From positions 264,539 to 328,538 of the forward strand of contig BOKX01000001.1 of the NCBI GenBank assembly GCA_016861205.1: 64,000 nt of DNA. Reading direction: 5' to 3'. The notes under the pieces are model-generated. The model made no database searches, had not been told where the DNA came from, and saw only the letters and a list, made by a program, of their open reading frames with translations. The stretch comes from Patescibacteria group bacterium (GTDB lineage: Bacteria; Patescibacteriota; Microgenomatia; UBA1400; PJMF01). Both the position numbers and the translations under genes were made by a program. Shown piece after piece: positions 56,560 to 64,000 of the stretch (position 1 is its first letter; each line of letters begins with the position of its first letter).

Positions 56560-57304
56560 GTTGCATCTCCCACCAATACACCCTCACTGCTAGAGAATGG
56601 ACACTCATCAGTGTCGCATACACCACCCCTCGCCAGCCATCGCGCCAACCAGAATTGATGAGCATATTGGCCAACCACTTACCTGGCGGGAAGAGCAACG
56701 TTTGGATCATTGACCATCGTTGGTTGTTTCGAACCCGTTCTTTGGCCTCAATCCAGGCGTACTCGCTTATTTTTGTCCAAAACCCAGCAATACTCTGGTG
56801 GGCAGAGTGTTGAATGACTATCGAACTCCGATGACTTGGGCCATTTACAGCGGCTACTTCATGGACAACACCAAACCACCGCAGAAACTGTTTTTGGCCG
56901 AATCTCGTCAGCCATTGATGACGAAGTTCTCCCCATTGGACAGTTTGACCATGAAAAATATCCACTCGTTTAAAAGACCACCCAACCGCCGCTGTGTCTG
57001 TCATCATTTTTTGGAAAACTTTTTCGGAGTTCTTGGCCAATACCTCATCGCTATCAAGCCATAAAACCCACGCCTGTGTTGCCTGTCGCTGGGCTCGGTT
57101 TCGCACAGCCGAAAAGTTATGCACTTTGCCTGGCTGAGGAATGACTTTCAGCTGAGGAAAACGGAGCTTTAATCGACTCCAGTTACCACCTTGTGTTGTG
57201 TCGATCACGATCAATTCGCTGCACCACGATATCGAATCCAGAGCCGATTGAAGCGCATCATCAATCCGATGGGTCAAAATCATGCCAGTAATTGGTAACG
57301 TCAT
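56546..57304 (-). CDS. GT2 glycosyltransferase (WaaE/KdtX-like)
   Basis: NFSAVRN, WVLWLDSDE, GVVHE, GWRDGWRG. Confidence 0.88.
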   Translation of the reverse strand: MTLPITGMILTHRIDDALQSALDSISWCSELIVIDTTQGGNWSRLKLRFPQLKVIPQPGKVHNFSAVRNRAQRQATQAWVLWLDSDEVLAKNSEKVFQKMMTDTAAVGWSFKRVDIFHGQTVQWGELRHQWLTRFGQKQFLRWFGVVHEVAAVNGPSHRSSIVIQHSAHQSIAGFWTKISEYAWIEAKERVRNNQRWSMIQTLLFPPGKWLANMLINSGWRDGWRGVVYATLMSVHSLAVRVYWWEMQRGKK

Positions 57305-58806
57305 AGATCAGGAATAATAACTAATTGCACTGTATCTAAGATTAATCGTGTCGCATTGGGATAGGTGCTCAGCTGACTGTCTAAGGGCTCCACAAACACA
57401 ACTGGTTCCGGGAAAGCTGCGTTCCTTTCTGCACTGATCCGTAAATCAGTATTTTGTGCCAACCATGTCCAGTTTTGAAAGTGGCTTGGGTACATGCTGC
57501 CCGGACCAGTAGTTCTTAAAACTACTCGAGAGTAACCTGCATCAAGTAACATTTGTATGCCTGCCTTAATCTCTCCATTGCCAGCCCCATAACTAAAACT
57601 TTGCTGTGGCAAACTAACAAAGAACTGCGCGCGGGTAATCATGATCACTGTATAGGCACTCCATCCTAGTAAACCTAACCAACTCATGAACCTAAATCGG
57701 CGAGGAACTTGAGTGACTCCCCAACCCAACCAAATTGCCAACAAGGTTAAGAATGGCGGAAAGTGCGCTTCAGATGGTGAACCATGCATTAAGAATGCCA
57801 ACCAGAGGGATGCACTCGCCACCAGCACAATCTCCATAAGCTCAGGCAGTTTTTGTCGCTGTGCTAGTTGCCAGGCGTGCCACCCAGACCATATTCCAAA
57901 CATCAGCCACAACACCCCCAGCCACAGTTCATCAACACTAACCATTCGCAAACTATAGGTTCCCGTGTTCGTCAAAAATGTGGTAATTTTGTGCCAACTA
58001 AAACTATGTGCAGTGCTGCCAACCCCAACAGATCCAGCTGTCCTGTACAACACCCAAGCCGCAAATCCACCTAGCTGAGCTAAACGATGTGTGAGGTCAT
58101 ACCAAAGTTGCGGCCACAGGCCTACCACGACACCTGCCATCAGCTGCACCAGCGTCTGTGGCAACTGTCGGCGAGCTGCCACTCGATGAGTTTGCCATTC
58201 TCGCCGCCACCAGATATACAACATGACCAATAGGAGTGGTGCAGTTGCCAGTTCAAACTGAAAAACAATTGCCCAACTCAAACTCAGCCACCACCACCGC
58301 CACTTACCTCGCCGCTGCCAAGCCCTCACAGCCAAGTAAAGAAATATCACCATGACTAGTGGCAAAGGAGTAATGTGGTAAGGAACTCGACCATGAGCCA
58401 CCGCCAATGGCGATACAGCTAGCCACAAACTAGCTGCATAGGCAGTTTGCTTGTTGAGCTGGGTGACGCAAAGTTCATACACACCAACTACCGCCGCCAG
58501 ACTAATCGCCGCAAACACCAACGAAAAAGGTAGCAGCTGCGGACCAAATCCAGCGTACACCACCATCTCGATCCAAACCGTCAGGGGTCCTTGTTTAAAT
58601 CGAGGCACACTCGACGCGATTCCCAGCAGCGGTAGTTCACGATGCTCAACAGCCTGTTTAGCTGACCATAAGTCATGGGCTGCATCACCAAAAAAAATAC
58701 TATTCTCGGTCAACTGCCAAGTTCGCAACCATGTTGCCAACACCACAATCGCCACGATTGGCCAGTGCTCTTTCAACAAAACAAACCCCGTGTGCCACTT
58801 TTTCAT
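57301..58806 (-). CDS. ArnT-like GT-C glycosyltransferase
   Basis: LRTWQL..FFGDAAHD..LPLLG..QGP plus many TMs. Confidence 0.78.
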   Translation of the reverse strand: MKKWHTGFVLLKEHWPIVAIVVLATWLRTWQLTENSIFFGDAAHDLWSAKQAVEHRELPLLGIASSVPRFKQGPLTVWIEMVVYAGFGPQLLPFSLVFAAISLAAVVGVYELCVTQLNKQTAYAASLWLAVSPLAVAHGRVPYHITPLPLVMVIFLYLAVRAWQRRGKWRWWWLSLSWAIVFQFELATAPLLLVMLYIWWRREWQTHRVAARRQLPQTLVQLMAGVVVGLWPQLWYDLTHRLAQLGGFAAWVLYRTAGSVGVGSTAHSFSWHKITTFLTNTGTYSLRMVSVDELWLGVLWLMFGIWSGWHAWQLAQRQKLPELMEIVLVASASLWLAFLMHGSPSEAHFPPFLTLLAIWLGWGVTQVPRRFRFMSWLGLLGWSAYTVIMITRAQFFVSLPQQSFSYGAGNGEIKAGIQMLLDAGYSRVVLRTTGPGSMYPSHFQNWTWLAQNTDLRISAERNAAFPEPVVFVEPLDSQLSTYPNATRLILDTVQLVIIPDL

Positions 58807-58807
58807 C

Positions 58808-60031
58808 TTACACTTTATCCAGTAATTGTTTTACTCGCCACGCTAAATACGGCATCGGCACAGCCCGGGACACGACAAGTGCCCAAACTGCACCAACCAA
58901 ACCCCAATGCTGACTCCACCACGGCATTAAAGTAACCAGCAACATGAGACTTAAAGCTTGATGCCAATTGAGCGTCTTCAAACTATTCTTGGCATACAAC
59001 ACAGTGTAGCTGAGCATGGTAATGCTCTGTAGCCAACCAGCCAGCAACATCACCCGAATTGTGGGAATAGATTCCAACCACTGGTCGCCAAACACCAACA
59101 GGACTAGTTCTCGAGGGAACGCGAACAAGGGCAGAGAGGCTACCATCGCAAGTGCCAATCCAAAAACCATAGTTTTCATCACCGCCCGTCGCCACCGCAC
59201 TGGTTCCGAAACCAGTCGGGTGTAAACCGGTAAGGTGCCATGATGCAGTGACTTACTAATTTCATAGTTCAACTCGTGTGACACTGCATAGCTATTCTGA
59301 TATAGACCTAAACTAAACGTACCCAATATCTTGCCAATTATTAAGTTATCTAAGTTCTCATTTAAGTATGAAAGAATACTCGACAAACTTAGCCAGGTTG
59401 CATTCTTAAAAATAATCTCGGCTCGGCTACTCAAGTACTCAAATCGTGGCCGAAGTTTGAAAAACAAAAATGAGATAATGACTTCGAACACAGCCACCCC
59501 TACTAAACTCAGCACCCACACTGACACCGAGCGACCCCACCAAACCAGTCCAATAGCTAAAACAGTCTCCATGGCTGTCAAGCTGAACCGGTACGCTGCA
59601 TCAGACCAAAATGACAAGCTTTTGTGTAAATCAATAATGGCTGGATTAATAAATCCTTTAATAGCAGGAACTAAAGAGGCGATGGTGATGAGGAAAAACA
59701 GCTCGGATTGTTTGAAGTAGATCTGCATCCCCCATCCTAATGCAATCATCAACAAACTAATTAAAAATCCTCGACAGATCGCAATCACCCAAGCCGTATT
59801 GAGAAAGTAACTGACTGAGTGCTTGGACTGCAAAATGGTTAAGTTGACTCCTGTTTGGGTGACTGACTCACTGATGCCTAAGGCAATCATAACCAGAGAG
59901 TAAATGCCAAACTCAGTGGGACCAAGAAGTCGCGCCAAAACCATCATTTTCACCAGCACCAAAGCATTCCCCACCAACTTCAACAGTGTCTGTGAACTAA
60001 AACCAGCTAGTACCTTTTCCAGGTAACCCAT
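58808..60031 (-). CDS. Wzx-type oligosaccharide flippase
   Basis: LARLLGPTEFG, LDNLIIGKILG...LGLY, VFGDQW. Confidence 0.88.
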   Translation of the reverse strand: MGYLEKVLAGFSSQTLLKLVGNALVLVKMMVLARLLGPTEFGIYSLVMIALGISESVTQTGVNLTILQSKHSVSYFLNTAWVIAICRGFLISLLMIALGWGMQIYFKQSELFFLITIASLVPAIKGFINPAIIDLHKSLSFWSDAAYRFSLTAMETVLAIGLVWWGRSVSVWVLSLVGVAVFEVIISFLFFKLRPRFEYLSSRAEIIFKNATWLSLSSILSYLNENLDNLIIGKILGTFSLGLYQNSYAVSHELNYEISKSLHHGTLPVYTRLVSEPVRWRRAVMKTMVFGLALAMVASLPLFAFPRELVLLVFGDQWLESIPTIRVMLLAGWLQSITMLSYTVLYAKNSLKTLNWHQALSLMLLVTLMPWWSQHWGLVGAVWALVVSRAVPMPYLAWRVKQLLDKV

Positions 60032-60092
60032 ACCTGTATTATTACGGTTTACCCGTTGCACCGCTACTGGAGAAAATAGATAATCATTGGGT

Positions 60093-60668
60093 ATGTCTTT
60101 TGTCCTACGATCACTTGGTGAACTTTTTCTTGATATTGTCGAAACAGTAGTGATAGCGTTATCGATTTTTTTGGTGGTGTATCTGTTTTTTATGCAACCA
60201 CACCAGGTTAACGGCCAATCAATGGTTCCCAACTTTCAAAGTGGTGAGTATGTTTTGACGGATAAAATTAGCTATCGGCTGGGAGATCCCAAACCAGGTC
60301 AAATTATTGTTTTCCACGCTCCAGAGGCAGCTAAGTGCCCTAAGGGCACCGGCTGTGACTTCATTAAACGGATTTTGGCAGGGCCAGGTGACACGGTTGA
60401 GGTCAAAAATGACCAGATTATCGTGAACGGCACTCCACGCAACGAACCATACATCCCGGCTGACTTTGAAACACTCCCTGGCGCATTCACCAAAGGCCGG
60501 GTTATTACCCTGAATGAAAACGAGTACTTTGTGGTAGGCGATAATCGTCCCTACTCGAGTGACTCTCGTGCTTGGGGACCCATCACCCGTGACGAGATTG
60601 TCGGTCGCGCGTTCTTCCGCTACTGGCCACTCGATAAAGCCGGCCCAATTGTGCCTTCAGTGTACTAG
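60093..60668 (+). CDS. lepB: Signal peptidase I
   Basis: GQSMVPN, DFIKRI..PGD, VVGDNR..SSDSR. Confidence 0.95.
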   Translation: MSFVLRSLGELFLDIVETVVIALSIFLVVYLFFMQPHQVNGQSMVPNFQSGEYVLTDKISYRLGDPKPGQIIVFHAPEAAKCPKGTGCDFIKRILAGPGDTVEVKNDQIIVNGTPRNEPYIPADFETLPGAFTKGRVITLNENEYFVVGDNRPYSSDSRAWGPITRDEIVGRAFFRYWPLDKAGPIVPSVY

Positions 60669-60735
60669 GACCTTCAATGACACAAACCACCACCGTTAGA
60701 TGCGATGGTTGTGTACGATGAGGGTTGCGCTCAAA

Positions 60736-61569
60736 CTAACTCTCTTCAGGGGTCAAATCTGCAAACGACAAGACTTTCTCGATGTCTTTTTGGGTGGCTT
60801 CTGGCGGCCCTCGGAAGGTAAATGTTACTCGAGTCTGTCGTTCCGAGCGAACAAGTTTAAATTGGGTGCGGCAGTGAAACATTGACTGGAACTGCTTTTC
60901 CCACTTGTTAAGCAAGTCATCATCGATTGGTTTTGGTCTACCCGGCCAGCTGCGGCGCTCCGGCTGACTTTCACGATAACGACGAGCCAACTCTTCAGCT
61001 CGTCGCACCGAGGCCCCTTCTTTGAGGATGGTTTTGAAACACTCAACCATCTGTTTTTCGTCTTTGATGCTGCCGATTGCCCGTGCATGACCTTCTGTAA
61101 TGGCTCCGCTGACTAAACCATCTTTAATTGCATCCGGTAAATCTAAAAGTTGGATGGTGTTGGTAACGTATGACTTCGACTTACCAATTTTTTCAGACAA
61201 ATCTGCAATCGTGTGCCGGAACTGGGTCATAAGCTGCTGAAATGCTTGTGCTCGCTCGAGTGGTGACAAGTCAACCCGTTGCACATTCTCGACAAGTGCC
61301 ATCTCTAGCATTCCTTTAGGGCTCGTCTTTTTGATCACGACTGGCACTTCGGTCACGCCAGCTTCTTTAGCAGCGCGCCAGCGCCGCTCCCCGGCTACTA
61401 TCTGGTAACCAGCTGGTGTCTCAGCGACCACCAAAGGCTCCAAAACGCCAAAGATTTTGATAGATTGCACCAACTCATCCAAATCATCCTTTTGCATTAA
61501 ACTGCGCGGCTGAAAGGGGTTGGGCTGTAACTGATTAATCGGGAGGGTTTGCATTTTGTGATCTGCCAT
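60736..61569 (-). CDS. parB: ParB/Spo0J partition protein
   Basis: PNPFQPR, GERRWRA, ENVQRVDL, HTH, ITEGHAR. Confidence 0.93.
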   Translation of the reverse strand: MADHKMQTLPINQLQPNPFQPRSLMQKDDLDELVQSIKIFGVLEPLVVAETPAGYQIVAGERRWRAAKEAGVTEVPVVIKKTSPKGMLEMALVENVQRVDLSPLERAQAFQQLMTQFRHTIADLSEKIGKSKSYVTNTIQLLDLPDAIKDGLVSGAITEGHARAIGSIKDEKQMVECFKTILKEGASVRRAEELARRYRESQPERRSWPGRPKPIDDDLLNKWEKQFQSMFHCRTQFKLVRSERQTRVTFTFRGPPEATQKDIEKVLSFADLTPEES

Positions 61570-61653
61570 ACCCATAGGTATAGCACATCTTAGACAGCAA
61601 GACACTCACCAAAATAGAGGGTCTACCATTATAGACAGGGACACACGCGTGAA

Positions 61654-61911
61654 TTAAGCGGAGACGACGTTGACCACTGTCCGGCCAAAACGTTGTGAGA
61701 ACTTGACGATGCCACTCATCATGGCAAAAATTGTATGATCTTTACCCATAGACACACCGGTACCAGCTTTGTACTTAGCACCGCGCTGGCGCAAAATGAT
61801 GTGACCTGGCTGAACAGCTTGACCACCACTTTTCTTCAAACCTAAGCGCTTGCCGTGGCGACGGCTTTGCGGATGTTGACGAACACTTCCACCAGCTTTG
61901 ACGTGTGACAT
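61654..61911 (-). CDS. rpmA: 50S ribosomal protein L27
   Basis: MSHVKAGGS, KRLGLK, ILRQRG, GKDHTIFA. Confidence 0.97.
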   Translation of the reverse strand: MSHVKAGGSVRQHPQSRRHGKRLGLKKSGGQAVQPGHIILRQRGAKYKAGTGVSMGKDHTIFAMMSGIVKFSQRFGRTVVNVVSA

Positions 61912-61918
61912 ATGTGTA

Positions 61919-63082
61919 CTACTTTCCTAAAAACTTAAATGTCCAGACCTCTCGTTCGACTACGGCTTGTGGTCGATAGTATAAAGTCGGCCCAGATAGT
62001 GTAGTGTACCGGAGGTCGGGCAACTTGTCAATTAAAGTTTGACACCGATAGGTCTGTTTCGGGGTAACAACACGTGGCAAGATCATAACCACTACCGCAC
62101 CTGGCTTCAAAACTGATTGCCAGTGCTTAAAGGCACCTAAGTACATTTTTTCCAAACCTTTAAAAATCGATGGCAGCTGTTCTGTGCGAGGAGTTTGTTT
62201 ACCCAAAAATGGCTCTGTCACAATCAAATCAATTGGTTTTCGAGGCTGAGCATGAGCGACATCACCAAGCACCCACTCTTCAGCTGCTTGCAACTCATAG
62301 GTATGTTGTAACCAAGCCAAGTTTTTCTGAGAACCGGTGACGGAATCAGGATCGCTATCAGAGCCCACGACACTGCAACCTTGCACTGCCGCTTCCATCA
62401 GCACCGTGCCCGTCCCACAAAATGGATCATAAACCCGGATACTTGCCCGATCTACATCTGGTGTGGCAGCGGAAACACCCAGCTGGCCTAAGCCAATGTT
62501 CAACAACATGCGAGCAACTTTGGGAGGCAACATGCCTTTTTTGCGATCTGCGTAGGGCTTCGAGCGATCGCGACGCGTCCAGTTATCAATATCCTGAACT
62601 CCTCGAGTCTCAGCCATGATTACGCCGTTGTCAGTTGAAACCAGCAACATCTCGATGACATTGCGGTGATGCAATAACACAGAAGCAGATAAGCCCGTTC
62701 TTGGGCCATCAATGTATCGAGCAGTCACGTCTTTTTGCTTGAGAAGAGCCTTCAGTTCTGCCAAATCGAAGAGTGGTAGGTGGTCTCGACCGAGCTCAGC
62801 TAGGCCAAAAGTGACCTTACCACCATACTGGCTCAATTCTGAAACGAGGGCTTCTTTAACAGAGTCAGGTTCGGAAGCTTCCCCTGTCAAGATCTGGAGT
62901 GGTTTGAAGTACTTGATGATGCCGCCTGACCGCTCGAAAAACACCTCAGGTGTTAGACCAGCTGGTAAAGTAACCTCGACAAGTTGTGGATGCAATAATA
63001 CGGCTTCAGTCCCAGTTAGGGCCTGAATTTCAGCCATTGATAGTTCTGGCGTGGAGCCGAGCAGGCAGTAAATTGTGGTCAT
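61919..63082 (-). CDS. TRM11/RlmL-like SAM-dependent RNA amino-methyltransferase
   Basis: GMLPPKVARML, YDPFCGTGTVLMEA, IVTEPFLG. Confidence 0.82.
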   Translation of the reverse strand: MTTIYCLLGSTPELSMAEIQALTGTEAVLLHPQLVEVTLPAGLTPEVFFERSGGIIKYFKPLQILTGEASEPDSVKEALVSELSQYGGKVTFGLAELGRDHLPLFDLAELKALLKQKDVTARYIDGPRTGLSASVLLHHRNVIEMLLVSTDNGVIMAETRGVQDIDNWTRRDRSKPYADRKKGMLPPKVARMLLNIGLGQLGVSAATPDVDRASIRVYDPFCGTGTVLMEAAVQGCSVVGSDSDPDSVTGSQKNLAWLQHTYELQAAEEWVLGDVAHAQPRKPIDLIVTEPFLGKQTPRTEQLPSIFKGLEKMYLGAFKHWQSVLKPGAVVVMILPRVVTPKQTYRCQTLIDKLPDLRYTTLSGPTLYYRPQAVVEREVWTFKFLGK

Positions 63083-63399
63083 TAGGCTTGAATGCTGACC
63101 ACTTCAAGAGTTGTCTGACGTTGACGGTGGCCGCGCACTCGACGATAGCGAGACTTGGCTTTGTAGGTGGCCACTCGCAATTTTTCACCAAGCTCATGGT
63201 TAACTACTTTCAGCACGACACTTGCCCCTTTGACCAGAGGTGCACCGATGGACACAGACTTGCCATCATTGACTAACAAAACATCAGTCACAGTTACAGT
63301 TTCATTGGCTGGGGTAGCTAAACGATCAACCACTAAAGTCTCACCTTCAGTGATTTTGTGTTGTTTGCCGGCTACTTGAATAATCGCATATTTTGACAT
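63082..63399 (-). CDS. rplU: 50S ribosomal protein L21
   Basis: YAIIQVAGKQ, GAPLV, GHRQ. Confidence 0.97.
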   Translation of the reverse strand: MSKYAIIQVAGKQHKITEGETLVVDRLATPANETVTVTDVLLVNDGKSVSIGAPLVKGASVVLKVVNHELGEKLRVATYKAKSRYRRVRGHRQRQTTLEVVSIQA

Positions 63400-63427
63400 G
63401 GGAGGGATTATAGCACGTCTGTCTGGA

Positions 63428-64000
63428 TTACGTTAGATGCAACTCTTTGAGTTGTTGGTGCCAACGACTGATAGCTTGAACTATACCAAAGCTCAAACAA
63501 ACTGCCAAAAATGAACTGCCACCATACGATACAAATGGCAAGGTAATACCAGTAATGGGAACTAAACCCATGTTCATACCGATGTTAATCATGACTTGAA
63601 CCATCAACATGCCGCTAATGGCATAACAGTAATAGCTGGCGGCTACATCAGTACTTTGATCAGCAATTCGATGGAGCGACCAGAGAAGCAGACCGTAACC
63701 ACTAAGCACCACAGCTGCTCCTAAAAAGCCGAGTTCTTCGGCCAAGGACGCAAAAATAAAGTCCGTTTGTCGTTCAGGCAAAAAACGCAAATGTGACTGA
63801 ATTCCCTGCCCCAAACCACGACCCAACAATTGTCCTGAGCCAACTGCAATGAGCGCCTGGCGAGCATTGTAACTGGCGTCTTGATTGCTACTAGTGTTGA
63901 GAAATGAGGTGATGCGGGCTTTCTGGTAGGGTGCTAACCACCAATGCCAGCTGGTCACTGCCACCACAATTGCTATGGCGCCAACCCCGACGATCCACCG
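63428..64000 (-). CDS. rodA: SEDS peptidoglycan polymerase RodA/FtsW (partial; 5' end beyond the window)
   Basis: YQKARI, QALIAVGSG..G.G...QS.LRFLPERQTDFIF, PITGITLPFVSYGGSS. Confidence 0.88.
   Translation of the reverse strand, partial: RWIVGVGAIAIVVAVTSWHWWLAPYQKARITSFLNTSSNQDASYNARQALIAVGSGQLLGRGLGQGIQSHLRFLPERQTDFIFASLAEELGFLGAAVVLSGYGLLLWSLHRIADQSTDVAASYYCYAISGMLMVQVMINIGMNMGLVPITGITLPFVSYGGSSFLAVCLSFGIVQAISRWHQQLKELHLT

Noticed and set aside
60736-61569. parB without an adjacent parA as a sign of a plasmid or mobile element
   Set aside because: Chromosomal Spo0J-type sequence among core genes; parA may lie elsewhere, and no parS palindrome was noticed.
1-64000. Alternative genetic code (TGA=Gly), DGR/retron, introns, inteins
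   Set aside because: TGA ends conserved genes (truB, gatA, lemA) at expected lengths; no reverse-transcriptase motifs; dnaE and the tRNAs are uninterrupted.

Overview
64 kb of gene-dense bacterial chromosome using standard code 11 (TGA is a stop). Gene content and style suggest a Patescibacteria/CPR (Microgenomates-like) genome: split transketolase, GT4-GH57-GH15 glucan cluster, DUF2207, ArnT-like GT-C proteins, a TRM11-like methyltransferase in the rplU-rpmA operon and many leaderless genes. This taxonomy is inference. Housekeeping genes: trpS, mutM, truB, rplS, pyrG, dnaE, gatCAB, lemA/htpX, polX, lepB, parB, rpmA, rplU and rodA, plus 5 tRNAs (Lys, Glu, Asp, Gly, Thr). No CRISPR, integrase or transposase was seen. 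Most notable observations: (1) a complete Trp-specific, terminator-type T-box before trpS whose Stem I is 'ultrashort', with the specifier in a terminal loop; (2) two promoter / leaderless uORF / 1:2-2:3-3:4 attenuators in front of unknown genes, one with a Phe-Phe-Phe run; (3) a six-gene enzyme operon of unknown product beside tRNA-Glu (YvcK/CofD-like, GT2, APH-like kinase, EEP phosphoesterase, YdjC deacetylase, large HIT-motif protein); (4) a 770-aa orphan with a C-terminal RelE-like domain behind a CIRCE-like operator; (5) a processive GT2 plus a GT-C/GH8 fusion; (6) a stand-alone 6-TM half-MFS; (7) an apparently duplicated beta-carbonic-anhydrase-like protein. All family calls come from motifs read by eye; no database search was run.
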